This document shows positions 10,220 through 19,311 of a stretch of DNA of 64,000 bases, in pieces (position 1 is the first letter of the stretch; each line of letters starts with the position of its first letter). The translations under genes and the position numbers were made by a program. The notes under the pieces were generated by a model. The model was not told the DNA's origin. It made no database searches and saw nothing but the letters and a program-made list of their open reading frames with translations. The stretch spans positions 12,902-76,901 of the forward strand of contig JACQAT010000020.1 of assembly GCA_016194865.1 (NCBI GenBank), given 5' to 3'. Source of the DNA: Chloroflexota bacterium (lineage in GTDB: Bacteria > Chloroflexota > Limnocylindria > P2-11E).

Positions 10220-10227
10220 AAGCGCGC

Positions 10228-11625
10228 ATGACGATGCGTCGCGAACGCGACACGCTCGGCGACGTAGAGGTCCCGGCCGACGCGCTCTGGGGAGCGCAGA
10301 CGCAGCGGGCGGTCGAGAACTTCCCGATCTCCGGCTACCGGCCGTACCCCGCGTTCGTGCGTGGGTTCGTGCTCGTGAAGAAGGCCGCGGCGCACGCGAA
10401 CGCCCAGGCAGGCCGGCTCCCGCAAGATCGCTGTCAGGCGATCTCGGACGCCTGTGACGAGATCCTCGCCGGCAAGCACCTCGACCAGTTCGTGGTGGAC
10501 GTCTTCCAGGCCGGCGCCGGCACCTCGCAGAACATGAACGCCAACGAGGTGATCGCGAACCTGGCCGACGAGCGGCTCGGCGGCAAGCGCGGCGAGTACA
10601 AGAAGGTCAACCCGAACGACCACGTGAACATGGCGCAGTCGACCAACGACGTCACGCCGACCGCGATCCGTCTCGCGCTCCTCGAGCTCACGGCGCCGCT
10701 CTGCGACGAGCTCGAGCGGCTCGCCACCGCGTTCGACGCGAAGGCGAAGCAGTACGCGAACGTCGTGAAGCCGGGCCGCACGCACCTCCAGGACGCGGTG
10801 CCGGTCACCTTCGGCCAGGAGTTCGGCGGCTGGGCGACCCGCCTGCGCAGCGCGAGCAGCCGGATCCGCGGGGCACGCGGCGAGCTGTGCGAGCTCGGCA
10901 TCGGCGGGACCGCGGCCGGTACCGGCCTCAATGCCGATCCCGAGTACCGCGCGCGCGTCTGCGCGCTGCTCGCGCAGTGGACGGGCGACCCGATCGTGCC
11001 GGCGAAGGACCTCTTCGCCGCGATGCAATCGTCGGCGGCCTTCGTTCGCACGTCCAGCGGCATGCGCACGGCGGCGATCGAGCTCTCGAGCATCTCGAAC
11101 GACCTGCGGCTCATGGTCTCGGGTCCGCGCACCGGCTTCGGCGAGCTCATCCTGCCGCCGGTCCAGCCGGGGTCATCCATCATGCCGGGCAAGATCAACC
11201 CGTCGATCGCGGAGATGGTCGACCAGGTCTGCTACCAGGTCATCGGCAACGACACCGCCGTGATGCTCGGGGCGCAGGCGGGGCAGCTCGAGCTCAACGT
11301 GATGATGCCGGGCATGGCGTTCGCCCTGTGCTTCTCCGCGACGATCCTCACGAGCGCGTCGAAGGTGCTCCGTGAGAGGTGCATCGACGGGATGCGCGTG
11401 GACGAAGGGCGTGCGAAGGAGCTGCTCGACGCGAGCCCATCGCTCATCGTGACCGCGCTCGCCCCGCACATCGGCTACGCGCGCTCCGCGGCGCTCGTGA
11501 AGCGCGCGCTCGCCGAGCGCCGACCGCTGTTCGACGTCGCGCTCGAGGAAAAGGTGCTCCCGGAGGCCGATCTGCGACGGGTGCTCGACCCGCTTCCGAT
11601 GACGAAGGGTGGCGTCCAGAGCTGA
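10228..11625 (+). CDS. aspA: Aspartate ammonia-lyase (class II fumarase/aspartase family)
   Basis: 465 aa with the GSSIMPGKINP signature. FVRGFVLVKKAAAHAN, VDVFQAGAGTSQNMNANEV, NPNDHVNMAQSTND and QVCYQVIGND are closer to AspA than to FumC as I remember those sequences. LWGAQTQR is FumC-like, so the subfamily call is not certain. Confidence 0.75.
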   Translation: MTMRRERDTLGDVEVPADALWGAQTQRAVENFPISGYRPYPAFVRGFVLVKKAAAHANAQAGRLPQDRCQAISDACDEILAGKHLDQFVVDVFQAGAGTSQNMNANEVIANLADERLGGKRGEYKKVNPNDHVNMAQSTNDVTPTAIRLALLELTAPLCDELERLATAFDAKAKQYANVVKPGRTHLQDAVPVTFGQEFGGWATRLRSASSRIRGARGELCELGIGGTAAGTGLNADPEYRARVCALLAQWTGDPIVPAKDLFAAMQSSAAFVRTSSGMRTAAIELSSISNDLRLMVSGPRTGFGELILPPVQPGSSIMPGKINPSIAEMVDQVCYQVIGNDTAVMLGAQAGQLELNVMMPGMAFALCFSATILTSASKVLRERCIDGMRVDEGRAKELLDASPSLIVTALAPHIGYARSAALVKRALAERRPLFDVALEEKVLPEADLRRVLDPLPMTKGGVQS

Positions 11626-11816
11626 GGATCCTCGCGACCTCGATCGCCATCGCGGTGCTGCTCGCGGGCGCGACCTTCACCGGTCAGGGGCTGCGGATCA
11701 TCCGCGGAGGCAGCTTCATGGTGGGTGACCCGGCCTGGGTCGTCATCGGGTCTGTGCTGGTGGTCGCCGCGGCAATCGCGCTGTGGGCGATCCTGTGGCC
11801 GCGCGCGCGGCGATGA
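11622..11816 (+). CDS. Possible small two-TM membrane protein (start unresolved)
   Basis: An open frame after the aspA stop encodes ILATSIAIAVLLAGATF and WVVIGSVLVVAAAIALWAILW. The only in-frame start candidates are CTG 11622 or an internal ATG. Confidence 0.3.
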   Translation: MRILATSIAIAVLLAGATFTGQGLRIIRGGSFMVGDPAWVVIGSVLVVAAAIALWAILWPRARR

Positions 11817-11869
11817 CGTCGTGGTGACACCCCAGCTCTTGGCCACTGGCTAGGTACGATTCGCATTCC

Positions 11870-12388
11870 GTGACATCGAAGACCAGCACGCTACGGTCGC
11901 CGAAGATGAGACTCTGGCTTTTTGCTATTCCGGGATTCCGCGCGGGAGATCCACTGGATCCCTGGACCGCCGTGCGGGTGATCGTGCTCGCAGGCGTCGC
12001 CACGGGCGCGATGTACCTAAGCGGGTTGGCGATCGCCTCGGCGTTCGGCTTCGCCGACCTGTTCCAAGGAACAGCTGCATCAGTCGAGATCCCGGCACTT
12101 TTCATGGTGATGATCATTGATGTCTATTGGGCCGCCAGTGTCCTACCGCACAAGCTTGCCGTCGCGTTGAACTGTCAGCGCGAGACCGACGCGGCACGGC
12201 GTGCCTGCGAGCGCATCTTGAGACACGGCGGCTCGCTCGAGGTCGCGCTGATCGGAGCGATCGTCGTTCCGATGACGATCTTGCTGATCGCATCAACTTG
12301 GCTTTATGACGTTCGGAACGTGCTGTCCTTCATGATCGGACCCCTGCTCCCCGCGGCTCTTGGCCTTCTGTCGCAACTGCGCAAGTAA
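11870..12388 (+). CDS. Hypothetical polytopic membrane protein in a lower-GC patch
   Basis: 172 aa with about 4 hydrophobic helices. Third-position GC is visibly lower than in neighbouring genes. No recognisable family. Confidence 0.55.
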   Translation: MTSKTSTLRSPKMRLWLFAIPGFRAGDPLDPWTAVRVIVLAGVATGAMYLSGLAIASAFGFADLFQGTAASVEIPALFMVMIIDVYWAASVLPHKLAVALNCQRETDAARRACERILRHGGSLEVALIGAIVVPMTILLIASTWLYDVRNVLSFMIGPLLPAALGLLSQLRK

Positions 12389-12406
12389 GGACCTCTCACG
12401 ACAAGC

Positions 12407-12427
12407 GGAGCGAGTCGGCGACGCTCC
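12407..12427. terminator. Hairpin between convergent genes (GGAGCG-N9-CGCTCC)
   Basis: 6-bp GC stem located between the stop at 12388 (+) and the stop at 12436 (-). No clear U-tract. Confidence 0.3.
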
Positions 12428-12435
12428 TGCGATGG

Positions 12436-13059
12436 CTACTGGATCGTGATGGTCTTGATCGCGTCGCCGACCTTGACCGCGTCGGCGACCGCCTGCCCCT
12501 CGGTGACCGTACCGAAGTTCGTGTACATGTTGTCGAGGGAGCGGCACTCCCCGATGCAGACGAAGAACTGGAACGCGTTGCTCACCTTGATGTCGCCCGC
12601 ACGCGCGATGCCCACGGCGCCCTTCACGAACGGGAGATCGCTCAGCTCCGTCGGCTGGTTGCCGCCGCCGGACCCGTTCCCGAGCGGGTCGCCGCCCTGG
12701 ATCACGAAGCCGGGCACGACCCGATGGAACTTGAGATTGTCGTAGCACTTCGATCGCGACAGGTCCGCGAAGTTCTTGACCGTCGCTGGTGCCTTGTCGG
12801 GACGCAGGGTGATCGTGAACTGACCGCCGTTCGCCAGCACGACCGTGGCCTTCGTTGCCGGCTCCGGGAACGAATGGATGAGACAGCTGAAGGCGGGCGT
12901 CGGAGCACCGGAGCGCGCCGCGGCCGGCGTGGCCGTGGGCGTCGAAACCGGGGGGCTCGGTGGCGGCGTGAAGACGGGCGCCGCCGTCTTGACCGCCGTG
13001 GCCGTCCCGCCGCACGACATGACGACCGCCGCGGCACAGAGCAGGGCCGCGAGCCTCAC
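12436..13059 (-). CDS. Cyclophilin-type peptidyl-prolyl isomerase, lipoprotein form
   Basis: GTG at 13059 (GTGA overlap with the upstream stop). VRLAALLCAAAVVMSC/GG lipobox and a Pro-rich linker. Cyclophilin core: FHRVVPGFVIQGGDP...FFVC. Confidence 0.85.
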   Translation of the reverse strand: MRLAALLCAAAVVMSCGGTATAVKTAAPVFTPPPSPPVSTPTATPAAARSGAPTPAFSCLIHSFPEPATKATVVLANGGQFTITLRPDKAPATVKNFADLSRSKCYDNLKFHRVVPGFVIQGGDPLGNGSGGGNQPTELSDLPFVKGAVGIARAGDIKVSNAFQFFVCIGECRSLDNMYTNFGTVTEGQAVADAVKVGDAIKTITIQ

Positions 13060-13484
13060 GCGATCGTCACCTTCTCGATCTTGTCGCCGGCCTTGATGGC
13101 GTCGACCACGTCCTGCCCTGCCGCGATCGTCCCGAAGCTCGTGTAGGCGTTGTCGAGGTGGCGGGCGTCGCCTGTGCACACGAACCACTGGGCGTCGTTG
13201 CTCACCGTGATGTCGCCCCCGCGCGCGACGCCGACCGCGCCGTGCGTGAACGGGAGATCGCTGAGCTCCGTGGGCTGCGTGCCGCCCCCCGTCCCCGTCC
13301 CGAGCGGGTCGCCGCCCTGCGCGACGAAGCCGGGGACCACGCGGTGGAACGTGAGCCCGTCGTAGAAGCCGTCCTTGGCCTTCTTCACGAAGTTCGCGAC
13401 GGTGCCAGGCGCCTTGTCCTCGCGCAGCGTGAACGTGAACTCTCCGCCCTTCGCGAGCCGGACGATGGCCACTTGATGCTCCAT
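13056..13484 (-). CDS. Cyclophilin-type peptidyl-prolyl isomerase, cytoplasmic form
   Basis: 142 aa starting at ATG 13484 (MEHQVAIVRLAKGGEFTFTL...FHRVVPGFVAQGGDP). The remainder of the 761-aa track ORF is antisense to hisS/aspS. Confidence 0.9.
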   Translation of the reverse strand: MEHQVAIVRLAKGGEFTFTLREDKAPGTVANFVKKAKDGFYDGLTFHRVVPGFVAQGGDPLGTGTGGGTQPTELSDLPFTHGAVGVARGGDITVSNDAQWFVCTGDARHLDNAYTSFGTIAAGQDVVDAIKAGDKIEKVTIA

Positions 13485-13492
13485 GAGGGTCG

Positions 13493-13498
13493 AGGTTA
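13493..13498 (-). promoter_or_regulatory. -10-like hexamer TAACCT, 8 nt upstream of the PPIase ATG (leaderless geometry)
   Basis: The minus strand reads TAACCT-CGACCCTC-ATG, within the 33-nt divergent spacer to hisS. Confidence 0.35.
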
Positions 13499-13517
13499 CG
13501 TCACAATCGGCCTTCCC

Positions 13518-14882
13518 ATGCCGACGTTCCAGGCGCCCCGCGGTATGCGCGACCTGCTGCCTGCCGAGGCGGCGGGCTTCGACCGGCTGAACGCGGTCGT
13601 CGCCGCCCGCGGCGAGCGCTACGGCTACCCGCGCCTGGTGACCCCGGTCGTGGAGGATCGCAACGTCTTCCTCAAGTCCGCGGGCGCGACGAGCGACGCG
13701 GCCGGGCAGGAGATGTACGACGTCACGCTGCACGGCCAGGGCGGCCTCGCGCTGCGGCCCGAGGGGACCGCGGCGGTGACGCGCGCGTATCTCGAGCACG
13801 GGCTGCACCGGGCGCCGCAGCCGCAGCGGTTCTTCTACTGGGAGCCGATGTTCCGCGGCCAGCGGCCCCAGCTCATGCGCTGGCGCCAGTTCTGGCAATG
13901 GGGCCTCGAGCACTTCGGCTCGACCGAGCCGAGCGCCGACGTCGAGATCATCGAGTTCACGAACGGGCTGTTCGCCGAGCTCGGGCTCACCGCGTTCGAG
14001 CTGCAGCTGAACACCATCGGCGACACGCCGTGCCGCGCGAAGGTGAAGGAGACCCTCACGGCGTACTTCGCCTCGCACCGCGACGCGCTGAGCGAGCTCT
14101 CGCGCGAGCGTTTGAGTACGAACGTCCTGCGCGTCTTGGACTCGAAGGATCCGCGCGATCGGGAGGTGGTCGCCGGCGCGCCGCGCCTCTCGACGCTGCT
14201 GTGCGACGCCGATCGCGCGCATTTCGCGGAGGTCACCGAGAGCCTCGAGCGGCTCGGCGTGCGGTTCCGCGTCGTCGAGACGCTCGTGCGAGGCCTCGAC
14301 TACTACACCCGCACCGTGTGCGAGTTCGTCCTCACCGACCCGGAGTTCACGAAGGCGGGCGACATCGCCGTGGCGGCCGGCGGCCGCTACGACAGCCTCG
14401 TCGAGACGCTCGGCGGTCCGAGCGCACCCGGTGTCGGGATCGCGGGCGGCGTGGATGTCCTGTACTACGCGCTCAAGCAGCAGGGGGTGACCATGCCCGA
14501 CGCGCCGGAGGCCGACGTGTACGTCCTCTCCGGCGAGCCGAACGACGGCGCGGATCGCACGCAGCTCGCGACGCCGCTGCGCGAGGCGGGCTTCCGCGTC
14601 GCGATCGACCACACCCGGCGCTCCCTGGACAAGCAGCTCGAGAGCGCGGTGAAGCACGGCGCCCGCGTCGCGGTCATCCGTGGGACGGAGGAGTCGCGCG
14701 GCGGCAAGGTCATCGTGCGGGACCTCATCAAGAAGGAGCAGCGGGTCACGCGCCTGGCCGCGGTGGTCGTCGAGGTGGGCAGGCACGTGCCGAAGCGCGT
14801 GCGGCCGCGGCTCATCGACGAGCCGGGCGCGGCCGGCGAGACGCCCTTCCTCGAGGGCCCCACGCCGCCGGAGCGGCACTAG
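13518..14882 (+). CDS. hisS: Histidine--tRNA ligase
   Basis: ATG at 13518 gives MPTFQAPRGMRDLLP. Class II motifs and a C-terminal anticodon-binding domain are present. Confidence 0.95.
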   Translation: MPTFQAPRGMRDLLPAEAAGFDRLNAVVAARGERYGYPRLVTPVVEDRNVFLKSAGATSDAAGQEMYDVTLHGQGGLALRPEGTAAVTRAYLEHGLHRAPQPQRFFYWEPMFRGQRPQLMRWRQFWQWGLEHFGSTEPSADVEIIEFTNGLFAELGLTAFELQLNTIGDTPCRAKVKETLTAYFASHRDALSELSRERLSTNVLRVLDSKDPRDREVVAGAPRLSTLLCDADRAHFAEVTESLERLGVRFRVVETLVRGLDYYTRTVCEFVLTDPEFTKAGDIAVAAGGRYDSLVETLGGPSAPGVGIAGGVDVLYYALKQQGVTMPDAPEADVYVLSGEPNDGADRTQLATPLREAGFRVAIDHTRRSLDKQLESAVKHGARVAVIRGTEESRGGKVIVRDLIKKEQRVTRLAAVVVEVGRHVPKRVRPRLIDEPGAAGETPFLEGPTPPERH

Positions 14883-16646
14883 GTGTTGCGCACGCACACC
14901 TGCGGCGAGCTCCGCGCGGCGGACGGCGGCAGGGAGGTCACGCTCGCGGGCTGGGTCCACCGGCGCCGCGACCTCGGTGGCCTGACCTTCATCGACCTGC
15001 GCGACCGTTACGGCATCACGCAGATCGTCGCGAAGGCGGGTGAGGGCCCGCACGCGGCGCTCGGCGACGTGCGCAACGAGTGGGTCATCAGGGTCACCGG
15101 CACGGTCCGCGAGCGGTCGAAGACGACGATCAACGAGAGGCTCGCGACCGGCGCGATCGAGGTCGGAGCGACGAGCGTCGAGATCGTCAACGAGAGCAGG
15201 ACGCCGCCCTTCTACGTCAACGAGGAGACGCCTGTCGAGGAGACGCTGCGCTGGAAATACCGCTACGTCGATCTCCGGCGAGAGGGCCCTCGCGAGCTGA
15301 TGCGTCTCCGGCACGAGGTCGTCGCGTTCATCCGCGCGCACCTCACGGCGCGCGGGTTCTGGGAGATCGAGACGCCGACGATGATCCGCTCCGACCCCAC
15401 CGGCGCGCGCGACTTCGTCGTGCCGTCCCGCTACTACCCGGGGAAGTTCTGGGCGCTCGCGCAGTCACCACAGCAGCTGAAGCAGATCCTCATGGTGGGC
15501 GGCATCGACAAGTACTTCCAGATCGCGCACTGCTATCGCGATGAGGATCCGCGCGCCGACCGTGTCTACGAGCACACGCAGCTCGACCTCGAGATGAGCT
15601 TCGTCGAGCCGGATGACGTCATGGCGACGCTCGAGGGTCTGTACACCGAGATCTTCCGCACGTTCGGGCGCCGGCCCCTCGCGGCCACGCCGGTCCCGCG
15701 GATGACCTACCGCGATGCGATCGCGCGGTACGGGAGCGATCGTCCCGACCTTCGTTTCGGCCTGGAGCTCAGCGACCTCACCGAGGGGCTTCACGGAACG
15801 AGCTTCAATGCATTTCGCACCGTGATCGACCAGGGCGGCTCGGTCCGCGGGCTCCTCATCCCGGGAAAGGCCGACGCCACGCGCAAGGAGATCGATGCCT
15901 GGCAGGCGCTGGCGAAGACGAGGGGCGCCAAGGGACTCGCGTCGTTCGCGTACGCCGCCGGAGACGTCCGCTCGCCGGTCGCGAAGTTCCTCACGCCGGC
16001 CGAGCTCGCGGCGGCCCGCACTGCTTCTGGCGCAAAGGAGGGCGACCTGCTGCTCGCCGTCGCCGACACGTTCGCCGTCGCGAGCGCGTCGCTCGGCGTG
16101 CTGCGCGAGCGGCTCGGGCCCGAGCTCGGCCTGGCCGACATGACGAAGCACCACGCGGTGTGGATCACCGAGTTCCCCCTGGTCGACCGGACACCGGAGG
16201 GCGGGTGGACATTCGCGCACAACCCGTTCTGCGCGCCGTTGACGGAGCACGACCTCGAGCTGCTCGACACCGACCCGGCCGCCGCACGGTCGAAGCAGTA
16301 CGACTTCGTGGTCGATGGGAAGGAGATCTTCGGCGGCAGCGTCCGCATCCACCGACGCGCCGTGCAGGAGCGCGTGTTCGCGCAGCTGGGTGTGTCGAGG
16401 GACGACGCCGCGGCCCGCTTCGGCGCGCTCCTCGATGCGCTCGAGTACGGCGCGCCGCCCAGCGGCGGCGTCGGCGCGGGGATCGATCGGCTGGTGATGA
16501 CGCTCGCCGGGACCGAGAACGTCCGCGAGGTCCAGGCATTCCCAAAGACGCAGACCGGCTACGACCCGCTCCTCGACGCACCCGCGGATGTCGATCCCGG
16601 CCTGCTCGAGGAGCTCGGTCTGCGCGTCGTCCCGCCGAAGCGGTGA
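14883..16646 (+). CDS. aspS: Aspartate--tRNA ligase
   Basis: 587 aa. RTHTCGELR start, an OB-fold N domain, and the class IIb motifs FRDEDPRADR-like and GGSVRIH. Confidence 0.95.
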   Translation: MLRTHTCGELRAADGGREVTLAGWVHRRRDLGGLTFIDLRDRYGITQIVAKAGEGPHAALGDVRNEWVIRVTGTVRERSKTTINERLATGAIEVGATSVEIVNESRTPPFYVNEETPVEETLRWKYRYVDLRREGPRELMRLRHEVVAFIRAHLTARGFWEIETPTMIRSDPTGARDFVVPSRYYPGKFWALAQSPQQLKQILMVGGIDKYFQIAHCYRDEDPRADRVYEHTQLDLEMSFVEPDDVMATLEGLYTEIFRTFGRRPLAATPVPRMTYRDAIARYGSDRPDLRFGLELSDLTEGLHGTSFNAFRTVIDQGGSVRGLLIPGKADATRKEIDAWQALAKTRGAKGLASFAYAAGDVRSPVAKFLTPAELAAARTASGAKEGDLLLAVADTFAVASASLGVLRERLGPELGLADMTKHHAVWITEFPLVDRTPEGGWTFAHNPFCAPLTEHDLELLDTDPAAARSKQYDFVVDGKEIFGGSVRIHRRAVQERVFAQLGVSRDDAAARFGALLDALEYGAPPSGGVGAGIDRLVMTLAGTENVREVQAFPKTQTGYDPLLDAPADVDPGLLEELGLRVVPPKR

Positions 16647-16681
16647 CGAGCGCGGTCGTCGAGGAGCTCGCGACCCGCGCC

Positions 16682-16687
16682 TAAACT
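16682..16687 (+). promoter_or_regulatory. -10-like hexamer TAAACT, 6 nt upstream of the iscS ATG (leaderless geometry)
   Basis: TAAACT-GGCCAG-ATG. Confidence 0.4.
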
Positions 16688-16693
16688 GGCCAG

Positions 16694-17851
16694 ATGCGCG
16701 CGTATTTCGACCACGCGGCCACGACGCCGCTCGATCCCGAGGTCGCGGACGCGATGTCTCGCGTCCTGCGAGACGTCTACGGCAACCCCTCGAGCATCTA
16801 CAGCGAGGGGCAGACCGCGCGCGCCCTCGTGGATCAGGCCCGGGAGGACGTCGCGCGCGCGCTCGGCGCGGCACCGAACGAGATCGTGTTCACGAGCGGA
16901 GGCACCGAGGCGGACAATCTCGCGCTGCGCGGGACGCTCCGCGCGCGTGCGGCCGAGGGCGACGGCCTCGTCACGACCGCGATCGAGCATCACGCCGTCC
17001 TCGACACCGCGCATGACCTCGCGCACGAGGGCCGCGCGCGCGTCACCGTCGTCGGCGTCGACAAGCACGGTCGCGTCGAGCCCGAGGCGATCGAGCGCGC
17101 CCTCGACCGCCGCACCGTGCTCGTCTCCGTCATGCACGGCAACAACGAGATCGGCACGCTGCAGCCCCTCGCGCGCATCGGCGCGATCGACCGCGAGCAC
17201 GGCATCACGTTCCACAGCGACGCGGTCCAGACGGTCGGCGCGCTCCCGCTCGACGTGAGCCGCGTGCCGGTCGACCTCGTGTCCGTGAACGCGCACAAGT
17301 TCTACGGACCGAAGGGCGTCGGCGCGCTGTACGTGCGCACCGGAACGCGGATCGCGACGCTGCAGACCGGCGGCGGTCAGGAGAAGGGCCGCCGCACCGG
17401 CACGGAGAACGTGGCGGGCATCGTCGGCCTCGGCGTCGCGCTGCGCATCGCGGCGGCGAAGCGCGCGGAGGAGTCCGCGCGGCAGGCGAGACTGCGCGAT
17501 CGGCTCATCGAGGGTGTCCGGGGTCGGATCCCCGGCGCGGTCCTGACCGGCCATCCGAGCGAGCGGCTCCCCAACAACGCGAGCTTTTGTTTTCCCGGCA
17601 CGCAGGGCGAGGCGCTCGTCGTCGCGCTGGATCTCGCGGGCTTCGCCGTCTCGAGCGGCTCGGCGTGCACGTCGGGCAGCACCGAGCCGTCGCACGTGCT
17701 GCTCGCGCTCGGACTCGGGCGCGAGGTGGCGCAGGGGTCGCTGCGGCTCACGCTCGGTCGCGGCACGACCGAGGCCGAGATCGACGCGCTGCTCGCCGCG
17801 CTGCCGCCGATCGTCGCGCGGCTGCGCGCGGTGTCCGCGGTCCCGGTCTGA
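16694..17851 (+). CDS. iscS: Cysteine desulfurase (NifS/IscS class)
   Basis: 385 aa. YFDHAATTP start, PLP Lys motif SVNAHKFYGPKG, and active-site SSGSACTSG. Confidence 0.9.
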   Translation: MRAYFDHAATTPLDPEVADAMSRVLRDVYGNPSSIYSEGQTARALVDQAREDVARALGAAPNEIVFTSGGTEADNLALRGTLRARAAEGDGLVTTAIEHHAVLDTAHDLAHEGRARVTVVGVDKHGRVEPEAIERALDRRTVLVSVMHGNNEIGTLQPLARIGAIDREHGITFHSDAVQTVGALPLDVSRVPVDLVSVNAHKFYGPKGVGALYVRTGTRIATLQTGGGQEKGRRTGTENVAGIVGLGVALRIAAAKRAEESARQARLRDRLIEGVRGRIPGAVLTGHPSERLPNNASFCFPGTQGEALVVALDLAGFAVSSGSACTSGSTEPSHVLLALGLGREVAQGSLRLTLGRGTTEAEIDALLAALPPIVARLRAVSAVPV

Positions 17852-18222
17852 TGCGCGTGTATAGCGATGCGGCGAAGGAGCACTTCACGAACCCGCGGAA
17901 CGTCGGGACGCTGAGCGAGCCGGACGGGAAGGGCTCCGACGCCAATCCGTCCTGCGGCGACCGGACCACCATCACGCTGCGCGTCTCAAGCGGACGCGTG
18001 AGCGAGATCGCCTTCCGCACCTTCGGCTGCACCGCGGCGATCGCCTCGGCCTCCCAGGTCACGGAGCTCGCCCTCGGACGGCCCGTCGACGGCGCGTGGG
18101 CGCTCGAGCCGGCCGACGTGCTGAACGCGCTGGGCGGGCTGCCGCCCGACAAGGAGGCCTGCGCGCTCATGGCGGTCGGCGCGCTGCGCGCCGCGCTGCT
18201 CGACGCGCGGGTGCGGACATGA
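17851..18222 (+). CDS. iscU: Fe-S cluster scaffold, IscU/NifU N-terminal type
   Basis: ATG at 17851 overlaps the iscS TGA. NPSCGD, FGCTAAIAS and C-terminal CALM Cys ligands. Confidence 0.85.
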   Translation: MRVYSDAAKEHFTNPRNVGTLSEPDGKGSDANPSCGDRTTITLRVSSGRVSEIAFRTFGCTAAIASASQVTELALGRPVDGAWALEPADVLNALGGLPPDKEACALMAVGALRAALLDARVRT

Positions 18223-19295
18223 GCGATCGCGTCTTCGTCGCGATGAGCGGCGGCGTCGACAGCTCGGTCGCCGCGGCGATGCTCGCCGAGCGAGGCGAGG
18301 ACGTCGTCGGCGTGTGGATGCGCCTGACACCGGATGACGGCTCGCGAGACGCGCCGCGCTGCTGCGGGACGGACCAGGCCGGCGAGGACGCGCGGCGCGC
18401 GGCGTCCAGGATCGGCATCCCGTTCTACGCGCTCGACTACGCGGAGGTCTTCGCGCGCGACGTCGTCGATCCCTTCGTGGCGGCGTACGCGATGGGAGAG
18501 ACGCCGAACCCCTGCGTCGCGTGCAACTCGAAGGTCAAGTTCGAGGCGCTGCTGCGAGACGTGGTCGCGAAGTTCGGCGGCTCGCGCATCGCGACCGGGC
18601 ACTACGCGCGCGTGACGCGCGACGATGCCGGCCGGGCGCATCTCCTGCGCGCGCGCGACCCCAACAAGGATCAGTCATACGCGCTCTACATGCTCGGCCA
18701 GCGCGAGCTCGCCCGGATCGAGCTGCCCATCGGCGAGCTGGCGGACAAGTCGGAGACGCGCGCCATCGCCCAGCGCTTCGAGCTGTCGACGGCCGACAAG
18801 GCGGAGAGCATGGACATCTGCTTCATCGGCGGCGACTACCGCGAGTTCGTCCGGGAGCGCGTGCCGGAGGCCTTCGTGAGCGGTCCGGTGGAGCGCGGCG
18901 ACGGGATACCGGTCGGCACGCACGGCGGGATCGGGACGCTCACGGTCGGCCAGCGCGCCGGCGTCGGGATCGCGACGGGCGAGCGGCTCTACGTGCTGCG
19001 CCTCGAGACGGATCGGAACGCGGCGATCGTGGGCAGGCGCGACGAAGGCGCGACGATGATCGCGCTGCGCGACGTCACCTTCACCGGCGACAGCGCGCCG
19101 AGCGGTCCCTTCTCGAGCTCCGTCGCGCTTCGCTATCGCGGAGCGCCCCAGCCGTGCACGGTCGTCGTCAGCGGCCGCGACGCGACGATCGAGCTGTCGG
19201 AGCCGGCGCTCGTCGCGGGTGGCCAGGCCGCGGTCTTCTACGACGGCGACGAGGTCCTGGGAGGCGGAACGGTCACACGCGCGCTCGCGTCCTGA
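18219..19295 (+). CDS. mnmA: tRNA 2-thiouridine(34) synthase MnmA
   Basis: ATGA overlap at 18219. PP-loop SGGVDSSV, plus CCG and NPCVACN motifs. Confidence 0.9.
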   Translation: MSDRVFVAMSGGVDSSVAAAMLAERGEDVVGVWMRLTPDDGSRDAPRCCGTDQAGEDARRAASRIGIPFYALDYAEVFARDVVDPFVAAYAMGETPNPCVACNSKVKFEALLRDVVAKFGGSRIATGHYARVTRDDAGRAHLLRARDPNKDQSYALYMLGQRELARIELPIGELADKSETRAIAQRFELSTADKAESMDICFIGGDYREFVRERVPEAFVSGPVERGDGIPVGTHGGIGTLTVGQRAGVGIATGERLYVLRLETDRNAAIVGRRDEGATMIALRDVTFTGDSAPSGPFSSSVALRYRGAPQPCTVVVSGRDATIELSEPALVAGGQAAVFYDGDEVLGGGTVTRALAS

Positions 19296-19311
19296 CGGCC
19301 CACCCGGTGCG

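Noticed and set aside
10215-10220. TACAAT as a leaderless promoter for korA
   Set aside because: The spacing to the TTG start (11 nt) is longer than the 6-8 nt seen at the other sites. It may still be the korA -10 with a 3-5-nt leader, or the korA start may be mis-assigned. I did not count it among the leaderless examples.
10228-11625. Calling this gene fumC (class II fumarase)
   Set aside because: Several diagnostic stretches are closer to aspartase as I recall the E. coli sequences: NPNDHVNMAQSTND, VDVFQAGAGTS and QVCYQVIGND after the GSSIMPGK(I/V)NP loop. The LWGAQTQR motif is fumarase-like, so I kept only moderate confidence. A phylogeny is needed.
13485-15341. Upstream 619 aa of the 761-aa minus ORF that ends in a cyclophilin
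   Set aside because: Only the last 142 aa (from ATG 13484) look like protein. The rest is antisense to the well-supported hisS and aspS genes.
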